DNA of 54,810 nucleotides from Candidatus Parcubacteria bacterium. GTDB lineage: Bacteria; Patescibacteriota; Minisyncoccia; Phycocordibacterales; Zambryskibacteraceae. The position numbers and the translations under genes were made by a program. Shown here piece by piece: positions 16,260 through 23,512 of the stretch. The stretch lies in NCBI GenBank assembly GCA_019661785.1, contig JAIFWP010000002.1, forward strand, positions 105,059 through 159,868. The letters run 5' to 3'. The notes under the pieces are model-generated. The model ran no database searches, was not told the origin of the DNA, and saw only the letters and a list, made by a program, of their open reading frames with translations. Within the stretch, counting starts at the first letter, position 1, and every line of letters begins with the position of its first letter.

Positions 16260-17763
16260 CCGATTTATATACTCAGGGCTCTGGGGTTTTATCCTGGGGG
16301 TCCTCTTAGCTTCCTTATTCCAAATACCGCCCCTGGCTTGCGTGCTGGCTATAGCAGTCGCGTTCGTAGCCTATTTTGCAGAGAGACATGCCATTATTTT
16401 GATTTTCCTTTGTGCTTTGGCTCTTGGCGCACTGCGTTTTGATGTGAAAGACTTCCATGAGCTCTTGCCTATGGAGAGTACTGGCATGGTGGCGAGCGAG
16501 CCGGAGCACAGAGACATGGATACCAGGTTCGTCTTCGAGAGCGACAACGGAGAGAGAGCGCTTGTCTCGACGGATTTATTAAGCGGAGTGCAGTATGGCG
16601 ACAGGGTAGAGGTGAGTGCCAACTTCAAAGTCCCGGGAGTCATAGTCGACGAGACGGGACGGAGCTTCGACTACGGGGCGTATCTGTCTAAAGATGATAT
16701 TTATTACACAGCCAACTTTGCTAAAGTAGCTCAAATCGCCGAGAGCCCGTCGTCTGCTCACGGTCAGGCATCGGTAGATTCGCGACCGACGGGCTCTCGG
16801 CTTATTTCGGGGTTGCTCAAGGTTAAGAATTCTTTTGTTGAGAAGATGAGGCAGATTTTGCCTGAGCCGGAGTCCTCTCTATTGGCTGGGCTTATCGTTG
16901 CGGGGAAGCAGGCCTTGCCTAAGTCGATACTAGATGAGTTCCGCCGTGCTGGAGTGGTGCATATCGTAGTCTTGTCGGGCTACAACCTGACTGTCATCTC
17001 TGAGTTCTTGCTAGTCCTACTGGCCTTCCTTGGCAAACGCAGGTCGGCTCTCGTCTCGGCGGTTGCCATAGTAGCCTTCACCTTGATGACTGGGGCTACA
17101 GCTACCGTAGTCAGAGCCGCCATTATGATACTCCTCGTCCTCTTGGGCCGGATTATCGCTCGGCCTGGCTCCTCGCCGCGCATACTCCTATTCACGGGAG
17201 TCGTCATGCTTCTAGAGAACCCTAAGGAACTCGTCTTCGATCCATCCTTCCAGCTCACTTTTCTTGCTATGCTAGCGCTGATTTATACCGTACCGATATT
17301 CGAGAGATTTTTAACTAAAATCCCTGAGAAGTTCGGTTTACGTACGCTTCTCGCTACTACCCTAGGCGTACAAGTAGTTGTTTTGCCTTACATCTTGTAC
17401 AACATGGGCAATTTCTCGACTGTCTTCCTGCTCTCGAACCTTCTTATACTTTTCGTAGTGCCATTTACCATGCTCATCGGCTTTGCTGCAACCATACTGG
17501 CCTATGTTTCAGGCATTATTGCTTGGCCACTAGCTTTTATATCGCACCTTCTGCTCTCCTGGATTCTGTTTGTAGCAGGTTTCTTGGGTAATTTGAAATG
17601 GGCCAGTATCCAAATACAGAGTTTCCCGCTTTGGTTGACTCTTCTTATATATGTAGTGCTGGGGACGCTGATTTTTGCAAAAGAAGAAGCGCGAGAACTA
17701 GTCTCGCGCTTCCGGAGTCACTGGCCGAAGAAGACAATCGTATCACCGCGGAGCTCCGCATGA
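16216..17763 (+). CDS. comEC: ComEC/Rec2-family DNA-uptake channel protein (competence domain only, no MBL domain)
   Basis: 515 aa. An N-terminal OB-like part is followed by a polytopic competence domain (LLAGLIVAGKQALP..., VVHIVVLSGYNLTV). The start is uncertain because it overlaps rnhA by 44 nt. Confidence 0.8.
   Translation: MMDRSPSTESVLRRNRFIYSGLWGFILGVLLASLFQIPPLACVLAIAVAFVAYFAERHAIILIFLCALALGALRFDVKDFHELLPMESTGMVASEPEHRDMDTRFVFESDNGERALVSTDLLSGVQYGDRVEVSANFKVPGVIVDETGRSFDYGAYLSKDDIYYTANFAKVAQIAESPSSAHGQASVDSRPTGSRLISGLLKVKNSFVEKMRQILPEPESSLLAGLIVAGKQALPKSILDEFRRAGVVHIVVLSGYNLTVISEFLLVLLAFLGKRRSALVSAVAIVAFTLMTGATATVVRAAIMILLVLLGRIIARPGSSPRILLFTGVVMLLENPKELVFDPSFQLTFLAMLALIYTVPIFERFLTKIPEKFGLRTLLATTLGVQVVVLPYILYNMGNFSTVFLLSNLLILFVVPFTMLIGFAATILAYVSGIIAWPLAFISHLLLSWILFVAGFLGNLKWASIQIQSFPLWLTLLIYVVLGTLIFAKEEARELVSRFRSHWPKKTIVSPRSSA
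17686..17712 (-). terminator. Perfect 11-bp hairpin (GAAGCGCGAGA/TCTCGCGCTTC) with a U-tract on the minus strand; terminator of ORF 17718-18098, embedded in the comEC 3' coding region
   Basis: The palindrome was read directly. On the minus strand it is followed by TTCTTTTGCAAAAAT. Confidence 0.6.
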
Positions 17764-18098
17764 TAGAAGACGCCTTGGCGGAAGGGGCACACGTCGACGC
17801 TGTTGCCCTTGACGCCTTGATTCCATCTTGGGCCCTTGATGCGGTAAGGACTGTGGAGCACGAAACGTTCTGTCCAGCTCATCACCTTGCCATCTTTCGG
17901 CCTGAGGTGCGGACGGCCAGCCTCGAAATGCAGCCATCCATCCTCGTCCTTGCCTTGGCAGACGATGACTTCAAAGATGCCGCGGCGGTTGAGCGAGTTG
18001 ACGGCCGCCTCGCGTCCGACAGGCAGCCAAGCTGCGGCAGCCGCGACGATAATCAAGATGAGGCCTGTCTGGGCCATGAGTGACGCACGACTTTGCAA
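17718..18098 (-). CDS. Small secreted hypothetical protein (ORFan cassette)
   Basis: 126 aa. SD AAGGAG lies 5 nt upstream of a TTG start. Signal-peptide-like LILIIVAAAAAWLPVG. The terminator hairpin starts 5 nt after the stop. The gene converges on and overlaps comEC by 46 nt. Confidence 0.5.
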   Translation of the reverse strand: MQSRASLMAQTGLILIIVAAAAAWLPVGREAAVNSLNRRGIFEVIVCQGKDEDGWLHFEAGRPHLRPKDGKVMSWTERFVLHSPYRIKGPRWNQGVKGNSVDVCPFRQGVFYHAELRGDTIVFFGQ

Positions 18099-18131
18099 TC
18101 GATCTCCTTGTTGGGTCCGCTCTCAGCTTAG

Positions 18132-18731
18132 CTATTTCTGCGCTTCTGTAAAGTTCTTCTCGCACGTTTGCCAGTTGAGGTTTGCGAGGAAGGCGTCAAC
18201 GTACTTGCCTTTGCCTGCTGCGCCGTAGTCGAGGATGTAGGTGTGCTCCCACACATCGAGCGCGAGGATGATAGGTAGGGAAGCGAAATGCCCAATATGC
18301 TGCTCCTCAGAGAAGCCGAACATGAGGTTGCCGCTCACAGCGTCGTAATACATGATGGACCAGCCTGGTCCGCGCATCATGCCGACGTTCTTAATAAATT
18401 TCATTGTAGTGTCGACTGAGCCGAACTGCTCTATCATCTTCTGCTCAAGCGCTCCGCCTGAGGTGAGGGGGGTCGGGCCGCCCTCAAGATGCTTGAAATA
18501 ATACTCGTGAAGCCTCATGCCACCGAACTCGAAGGACAAGCGACGCTGGAGCTCGGATAAGGCAATCGCGTTTTGCTCCGAGTCTGCCATGAGCTTGCCC
18601 ATGAGCTCGCAGATGCCGTTAAAGTTCTTTACATAGCCTGCGTAGAGGCCCAGATGCTCCTCTATAGACTTAGTCGAGATGCCGTTAAGCCCGCCTATAT
18701 TAAATTTCAATGGTTCGAATGTTTTTGTCAT
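18132..18731 (-). CDS. sodA: Fe/Mn superoxide dismutase
   Basis: 199 aa. The N-terminal helical hairpin block is present, and DVWEHTYILDY matches the DxWEHAYY metal-ligand motif. Confidence 0.92.
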   Translation of the reverse strand: MTKTFEPLKFNIGGLNGISTKSIEEHLGLYAGYVKNFNGICELMGKLMADSEQNAIALSELQRRLSFEFGGMRLHEYYFKHLEGGPTPLTSGGALEQKMIEQFGSVDTTMKFIKNVGMMRGPGWSIMYYDAVSGNLMFGFSEEQHIGHFASLPIILALDVWEHTYILDYGAAGKGKYVDAFLANLNWQTCEKNFTEAQK

Positions 18732-18737
18732 GAGACG

Positions 18738-18743
18738 ATTATA
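18738..18743 (-). promoter_or_regulatory. TATAAT box 6 nt upstream of the sodA ATG; putative leaderless promoter, overlapping the divergent -10 of the 18752 gene
   Basis: The minus strand reads TATAAT-cgtctc-ATG. Confidence 0.45.
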
Positions 18744-18745
18744 CT
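18740..18745 (+). promoter_or_regulatory. TATACT box 6 nt upstream of the ATG at 18752; putative leaderless promoter
   Basis: The plus strand reads TATACT-atatgt-ATG. The whole divergent intergenic region is only 20 nt. Confidence 0.45.
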
Positions 18746-18751
18746 ATATGT

Positions 18752-19612
18752 ATGAAATCTGTACGCCTGTATTGGCGTGAGTGCATCTTGGCGGTGCTCG
18801 TAGCGGCGAACTTGGTTGTCTTTAGCCTCGCTCGTGCAGAAGGGGAGACGGACTTGCTCCGTGTTTATTTCCTCGACATTGGCCAGGGCGACAGCATCTT
18901 CATCGACTCTCCGACACACGGCCGAGTGCTCGTTGACGGAGGTCCAAATGGCAAGGTCTTGAGCGAATTGGGCAAGATACTGCCCTTCGGTGATAGGCGG
19001 ATAGATGTGGTCATTGAAAGCCATCCGGATGCAGACCACATCACCGGCCTAGTGGATGTGCTGAAGAACTATCAAGTCGGCGTCTTCATGGAGCCGGGCG
19101 TAGAGACCTCGACCAATAAGGTTCATGTCACGCTCGAGGGCGAGGTGCAGAGCCTCAATATAAAGAAGATCATTGCGAAGAGAGGTATGACCATCGACTT
19201 GGGTGCCGGAGTGGTGATGACAATCCTCTTCCCAAACCAAGATGTGAGGGACTGGGAGACGAACGATGCCTCCATAGTAGCCAAGCTCACGTATGGGAGT
19301 GAGAGCTTTTTGCTGACTGGAGATTCTCCCAAGAAAGTTGAGTACATCTTACTCAGCTTAGATAAAAATATTTTGAAATCGACCGTCTTAAAGGTCGGTC
19401 ATCATGGATCGAAAAACTCGACCTCGCTTATATATGCTGAAGCTGTGGCGCCGGAGTATGCTGTCATCTCTGCCGGAGCGGGGAACAGGTATGGTCACCC
19501 GTCGAAAGAGGCCTTGGACGTCTTGAATCAAGTCGGCGCGAAAATCGTCTCAACCATAGACATGGGCACTATCGAATTCGACACAGACGGAGAGACGCTG
19601 TATCTAAAATAA
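18752..19612 (+). CDS. MBL-fold metallo-hydrolase, ComEC C-terminal-domain-like (stand-alone)
   Basis: 286 aa with an N-terminal anchor. YFLDIGQGDSIFI, HPDADHITGL, LLTGD, GHHGS and YGHP match the beta-lactamase-like domain usually fused to ComEC. Confidence 0.85.
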   Translation: MKSVRLYWRECILAVLVAANLVVFSLARAEGETDLLRVYFLDIGQGDSIFIDSPTHGRVLVDGGPNGKVLSELGKILPFGDRRIDVVIESHPDADHITGLVDVLKNYQVGVFMEPGVETSTNKVHVTLEGEVQSLNIKKIIAKRGMTIDLGAGVVMTILFPNQDVRDWETNDASIVAKLTYGSESFLLTGDSPKKVEYILLSLDKNILKSTVLKVGHHGSKNSTSLIYAEAVAPEYAVISAGAGNRYGHPSKEALDVLNQVGAKIVSTIDMGTIEFDTDGETLYLK

Positions 19613-19618
19613 TTGCGC

Positions 19619-19861
19619 TTAAATAATACCTGCTTTCTTCAATACCGAGTGGGCGCCGCGCTTCTGGATGGTTTTGATGGCGCGAGTGGAGAGAGTGAGG
19701 GTGAGGGTCTTCTTCAGCTCCGGCACGTAGATGCGCTTCTTCTGCAGGTTCGGGTACTTCCTCACCTTGCCTGTAGGGTTGAACTGGGTAGCGCGAGTCC
19801 TGTTGGAGAAGCCTCCACCCATAATCGAGCCTTTATTGTTTACTGGGCATACCTTAGCCAT
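19619..19861 (-). CDS. rpmB: 50S ribosomal protein L28
   Basis: I chose the internal ATG of ORF 19619-20242. The 80 aa MAKVCPVNNKG...FSNRTRATQFNPTGK...TLSTRAIKTIQKRG form an L28 pattern. A TTGCAA-N16-TAAAGT promoter lies upstream. Confidence 0.9.
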   Translation of the reverse strand: MAKVCPVNNKGSIMGGGFSNRTRATQFNPTGKVRKYPNLQKKRIYVPELKKTLTLTLSTRAIKTIQKRGAHSVLKKAGII

Positions 19862-19954
19862 AGTGGGCATTACTTTAACACAAACCCAGGCGCTTGCAAA
19901 TGAGGCCCATAAGGCGTTTAATGGTCTAAGACCAAGCAGCCTGAGGGCAAAAAC

Positions 19955-20212
19955 ATGACCCGAGCACAGATCGTGAAAGGGCTTGTGGACTACCTCACCA
20001 AGCCGAAGTGTCCCAACGGTAAGTGCGGCATCCGAGACTCTCGCAGGGTCGAAGTGAGCCGAACAGTACGCCGACCGGGCAAGCCGGGCGATGGAGGCCT
20101 GTGGTATGACGAGGTGGTCGACGCCAACGAGTGCAATGGCTGTCACACCCGGTTTCGCCACGATACGCGGGCTGAGGATCACGACCCCAGTCGAATCCTC
20201 GCAGTTGCCTGA
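19955..20212 (+). CDS. Small zinc-ribbon-like hypothetical protein (ORFan cassette)
   Basis: 85 aa with CPNGKC...CNGCH cysteine pairs. SD GAGGG lies 7 nt upstream, and hairpin 20225-20254 lies downstream. Confidence 0.5.
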   Translation: MTRAQIVKGLVDYLTKPKCPNGKCGIRDSRRVEVSRTVRRPGKPGDGGLWYDEVVDANECNGCHTRFRHDTRAEDHDPSRILAVA

Positions 20213-20224
20213 AGGGCAGGTAGA

Positions 20225-20254
20225 AGGGCCGTTCCGATTCATCGGAACGGCCCT
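20225..20254 (+). terminator. GC-rich hairpin (AGGGCCGTTCCGA/TCGGAACGGCCCT) after the 19955 ORF
   Basis: The stem is a perfect 13 bp, but the following T-tract is weak (TACTCTTTG). Confidence 0.5.
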
Positions 20255-20261
20255 TACTCTT

Positions 20262-20270
20262 TGATATAAT
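20262..20270 (+). promoter_or_regulatory. Extended -10 box (TGaTATAAT) 6 nt upstream of the ATG at 20277; putative leaderless promoter
   Basis: The motif and its spacing were read directly from the sequence. Confidence 0.5.
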
Positions 20271-20276
20271 CCTTAT

Positions 20277-20894
20277 ATGGCACTCGAATTCGTCATTCAG
20301 ATACTCATCCTCCTCATGTCGGTCGTCATCCACGAGGTTTGCCACGGCCTCGCTGCTCGTTACTACGGCGACCACACAGCAGAGTATCAAGGCAGACTCA
20401 CACTGAATCCTCTTAAGCATCTCGACCCGGTCGGATCGCTCCTCTTACCGGCTCTTCTCTTCTTCACCCATAGCGGGATAGTCTTCGGCTGGGCGAAGCC
20501 AGTGCCATATAATCCATACAACCTTAAACCTGGCAGATGGCCTGAGGCCGCAGTAGCCTTGGCTGGTCCGGCATCGAACTTCGCCATTGCGGCAGTCTTC
20601 GCCGTCCTCTTGCGCCTAGGCGTCTCGCATGACTACTCGCCGGCCTTCCTCCACATCACTGCGGCTATAGTACTAGTGAACCTGCTCCTCATGGTCTTCA
20701 ACCTCATGCCCGTGCCTCCGCTCGACGGCTCAAGACTCCTCTTCGCTGTCTTCCCTGAGAGGCTATACAGGTACCGCAACTTCTTCGAGCGATACGGGTT
20801 CGTACTTGTCATCATCTTTATCTTCTTCCTATGGCAGTTCGTCGAGCCCTTGGTAGGCACCCTTTTCCATATCTTGACCGGACAGCCGCAATGA
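20277..20894 (+). CDS. Site-2 protease (peptidase M50) family membrane metalloprotease
   Basis: 205 aa. HEVCH (HExxH) lies in the first TM segment, [11 protein letters not shown] is the LDG motif, and the protein is polytopic. Confidence 0.82.
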   Translation: MALEFVIQILILLMSVVIHEVCHGLAARYYGDHTAEYQGRLTLNPLKHLDPVGSLLLPALLFFTHSGIVFGWAKPVPYNPYNLKPGRWPEAAVALAGPASNFAIAAVFAVLLRLGVSHDYSPAFLHITAAIVLVNLLLMVFNLMPVPPLDGSRLLFAVFPERLYRYRNFFERYGFVLVIIFIFFLWQFVEPLVGTLFHILTGQPQ

Positions 20895-20910
20895 GCTAAA
20901 GTGTTGGCCT

Positions 20911-21327
20911 GTGTCGACCATCAACCAATTAGTCAAAAAGCATCGTCAGCAGAAGAGCCGCAAGCCTAAGGCGGTGGCTCTTGCGCGCGGCTTCAACTCC
21001 ATTAAGAATCGCCCTGTCTTCTATAACTCGCCCTTCAAGAGAGGTGTGTGCGTTAAGGTGACCACCAAGACCCCTAGGAAGCCTAACTCCGCTATTCGTA
21101 AGATTGCCCGTGTCCGCCTCACTAACGGCCAGGAGGTGACAGCCTACATCCCAGGAGAGGGCCACAACCTCCAAGAGCACTCGGTGGTAGTGCTCCGAGG
21201 CGGCCGCGTGAAGGACCTTGGTATCCGCTATACTATCGTCCGCGGCGTCCTTGATACCTCCGGAGTAGAGAAGCGCCGCAAGGGCCGCTCGCAGTATGGT
21301 AACAAGCGCCCTAAAGCCGCAAAATAA
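20911..21327 (+). CDS. rpsL: 30S ribosomal protein S12
   Basis: 138 aa. STINQLVKK..., [16 protein letters not shown] and [13 protein letters not shown] start. Confidence 0.96.
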   Translation: MSTINQLVKKHRQQKSRKPKAVALARGFNSIKNRPVFYNSPFKRGVCVKVTTKTPRKPNSAIRKIARVRLTNGQEVTAYIPGEGHNLQEHSVVVLRGGRVKDLGIRYTIVRGVLDTSGVEKRRKGRSQYGNKRPKAAK

Positions 21328-21339
21328 TATTGATACCCA

Positions 21340-21810
21340 ATGAGACGCAAACTTAAAGCCAAGCCAAAGATAGTTCCCGACAGTGTCTACGACTCTGAGA
21401 AGGTAGCTAAGTTCGTAAACTACGTCATGCTCGAGGGCAAGAAGGTTACTGCCAGGAAGGTTGTCTATGCTGCGCTCGAGTCTATCAAGGAGCAGACCAA
21501 GAATCCGAACCCTCTTGAGGTCTTCGAAGCCGCTTTGAAGAACACCGGTCCTACTATGGAAGTCCGTTCACGCCGCGTGGGAGGCGCCAACTACCAGATA
21601 CCCCGCGAGGTTCGTCCTGAGCGCCGCCAGTACCTCTCTATGAAGTGGATTGTAGACGCCGCTAGAGGCAAGAAGGGCAAGCCTATGCATGAGAAGCTCG
21701 CCGAGGAGATCATCGCCGCCTCAAACAACGAGGGCGAAGCTATCAAGAAGCGCGAGAACACTCACAAGATGGCCGAGGCCAACAAGGCCTTCGCCCACTT
21801 CGCTTGGTAG
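21340..21810 (+). CDS. rpsG: 30S ribosomal protein S7
   Basis: 156 aa. The translation has S7 blocks ([16 protein letters not shown]..., [10 protein letters not shown]) and the gene follows rpsL. Confidence 0.96.
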   Translation: MRRKLKAKPKIVPDSVYDSEKVAKFVNYVMLEGKKVTARKVVYAALESIKEQTKNPNPLEVFEAALKNTGPTMEVRSRRVGGANYQIPREVRPERRQYLSMKWIVDAARGKKGKPMHEKLAEEIIAASNNEGEAIKKRENTHKMAEANKAFAHFAW

Positions 21811-21822
21811 CTCGGGTAGGGT

Positions 21823-21828
21823 TATACT
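21823..21828 (+). promoter_or_regulatory. TATACT box 6 nt upstream of the ATG at 21835; putative leaderless promoter
   Basis: Spacing was read directly. The -35 region is weak. Confidence 0.35.
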
Positions 21829-21834
21829 AATCAG

Positions 21835-22128
21835 ATGGAACACGAACCAAACGAGGAACTGGGATTTGAATATCTTTCCGAAGAGGAAATTACGCAGGTT
21901 ATACGAGAAGCTATTAATGAGTGGAAAATAGAAGACGGTCCATCAAAAACCGTGCCAGAGTTTTACGTTAACGAGATACAGGATTTTATAGCCAAAAAAT
22001 ACGGTTTAGATAGATTCTCTCTTCACTACCCGAGGTCAGAACCTGAGGGTGACGATAAAAAGATATTTGAAAACTTTCTCAAAGTTTTTTCAGATGAATT
22101 AGTCACAAAATACTTAAGAATGGCATAA
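21835..22128 (+). CDS. Small acidic hypothetical protein (visibly AT-richer than its neighbours)
   Basis: 97 aa rich in E/D. The ORF is clearly lower in GC than the flanking ribosomal genes. The terminator at 22131-22160 follows. Confidence 0.55.
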   Translation: MEHEPNEELGFEYLSEEEITQVIREAINEWKIEDGPSKTVPEFYVNEIQDFIAKKYGLDRFSLHYPRSEPEGDDKKIFENFLKVFSDELVTKYLRMA

Positions 22129-22130
22129 GC

Positions 22131-22160
22131 AAAAGCCTCCTGATTATTGGGGCTTTTTTT
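22131..22160. terminator. Hairpin with T-tract between convergent genes (21835 ORF and sortase)
   Basis: AAAAGCCTCC...GGGGCTTTTTTT. Confidence 0.65.
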
Positions 22161-22701
22161 ATACCAATTCGGCAGTTACAATCAGGCGGTGGTCGTAGGT
22201 GGAGAGTCTGGTCGTAAATTTGCCGGCGCAGGTGATGAGGTTAAGCTGTTTTGCGGAGGTTGGGGCGAAGAGGGTGTACGGGGAGAGAGTAGCGAGAGAG
22301 TAGAGGTTGGATGCCTTAGTGACGTAATGGAGCACCCTACCGCTCTTCATATAGATGTAGATGTCCGAGCCTAGAGGGAGCTTGTTTAAGTTTTTAAAAG
22401 CGGCGAAGACATGAGCATCGAGGACTGCCGTGCCGGTATTGCCAGGAGCTACACCGCCTGCATACCAACCAACGTTGTTTGTGTAGCCAGAGGGCACATC
22501 CATCTCGCCCTTGGTATTGGTGCCGACGCCTTGGATGGGGGAGAAGAGGTTGATAGCTGGGGCGTAGATCCAAGTTGGAGCATCATTGGGGGCCATAGGA
22601 CCAGCGGTGGCGTAAGTCACCGCGGCGCTCGCCGTCTTTACCGTAAAGGCGGGTAGTAGGGTTGCTGTAGCTACAAGAGCTATAAAAAAGATCTTTTTCA
22701 T
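22159..22701 (-). CDS. Sortase-family transpeptidase (class E/F-like)
   Basis: I chose the ATG at 22701 (MKKIFFIALVATA signal/anchor). VGWY, GNTGTAVLDAHV and LNLITCAG (TLxTC-type catalytic Cys) are present. Confidence 0.78.
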   Translation of the reverse strand: MKKIFFIALVATATLLPAFTVKTASAAVTYATAGPMAPNDAPTWIYAPAINLFSPIQGVGTNTKGEMDVPSGYTNNVGWYAGGVAPGNTGTAVLDAHVFAAFKNLNKLPLGSDIYIYMKSGRVLHYVTKASNLYSLATLSPYTLFAPTSAKQLNLITCAGKFTTRLSTYDHRLIVTAELV

Positions 22702-22812
22702 ATGTATTTTTAATTTATTTCCGGAATATTTTACACGGCTGAACTTTTTTGAGTAGTTGTGCTTGGCATTACTGGTATGTGTGCTAAAAAGCAAGCTCAG
22801 CAGTAGTCATTT

Positions 22813-22853
22813 GAAATGAAAAAAGCCCCGAGCGCGTGTTGCGCAAGGGGCTT
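22813..22853 (-). terminator. Rho-independent terminator of the 22860 ORF
   Basis: On the minus strand, AAGCCCCTTGCGC...GCGCTCGGGGCTT is followed by TTTTTCATTT. Confidence 0.65.
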
Positions 22854-22859
22854 CCGATA

Positions 22860-23228
22860 TTACTCCCAAGGATTCTTCTCCCTGGTTTTCTTCGATGACG
22901 GCCTGATCATGAGCCGAGCCCGGTCGTAGTCCTTGACTCTCATCATCTGGTAGACTCGCCACCTGCTGATGATTGGCCACTGCACATACCGGTACAGCTT
23001 CTGGATCCGCTCTGCATGGTAGTTCAGCAAATGACGATGCAAGAGTACTCCAGCGACCCCTGCTACCATGCTTGCAACCATGCAGATCACGAACTCTCGA
23101 GCTGCATCTTGACCGAGACCCCTGAGGTCGAAGACCTCCTGACAGATGCCCCAGACTGTGATGCTGACTCCAGCGCTTGTGATAACAACCAGATATACAT
23201 CAAGGTAGAGGCCGTTCCGTCTTTGCAT
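22860..23228 (-). CDS. Two-TM hypothetical membrane protein (ORFan cassette)
   Basis: I chose the start at 23228, which has SD GAGG 4 nt upstream. The ORF could extend to a TTG at 23246. There are two hydrophobic helices and a basic C-terminus. Confidence 0.5.
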   Translation of the reverse strand: MQRRNGLYLDVYLVVITSAGVSITVWGICQEVFDLRGLGQDAAREFVICMVASMVAGVAGVLLHRHLLNYHAERIQKLYRYVQWPIISRWRVYQMMRVKDYDRARLMIRPSSKKTREKNPWE

Positions 23229-23426
23229 AATGCCTCGCTTTTTCAAAATGTGTGCGTGACCGAAAGGGTTCTGCTACTAAATTTACATAAATTAAGCACT
23301 TTGTCACGTTAGGTATGAAGGAATTTCAATGTCAGGTGATTTGGGATATCTCGAGGCTTATATCCTGCTCTGATTGCGGACGGTACTTGGAGTGGACGAG
23401 CTCGGTCTGACCAACCGGGCTTTCGT

Positions 23427-23455
23427 TTGATTATTGAGCTCTATTACTGTATTCT
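23427..23455 (+). promoter_or_regulatory. Sigma70-type promoter TTGATT-N17-TATTCT upstream of fusA, fused to the T-tract of the preceding hairpin
   Basis: The -35 is at 23427-23432 and the -10 at 23450-23455. Confidence 0.5.
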
Positions 23456-23512
23456 GATACCCAACAGCAGGTATCTGCTTATTTTTATTCAAAATCCCAA
23501 GGAAACAACAGA

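Noticed and set aside
17598-18083. Plus-strand 161-aa ORF and other overlapping frames in the comEC-sodA gap.
   Set aside because: The A/D/L-rich translation is typical of the antisense of a GC-rich gene. The minus-strand frame has an SD, a signal peptide and a terminator.
19862-20242. N-terminal 127 codons of the 207-aa minus-strand ORF containing L28.
   Set aside because: L28 homology begins at the internal ATG at 19861, which has a TTGCAA-N16-TAAAGT promoter upstream. The extension overlaps a plus-strand ORF that has an SD and a terminator.
23315-23410. 31-aa Cys-containing micro-ORF (MKEFQCQVIWDISRLISCSDCGRYLEWTSSV) upstream of fusA, followed by a hairpin.
   Set aside because: It has no SD and no leaderless -10 box, and it is very short. 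The hairpin is better explained as part of the terminator-promoter module that restarts fusA.
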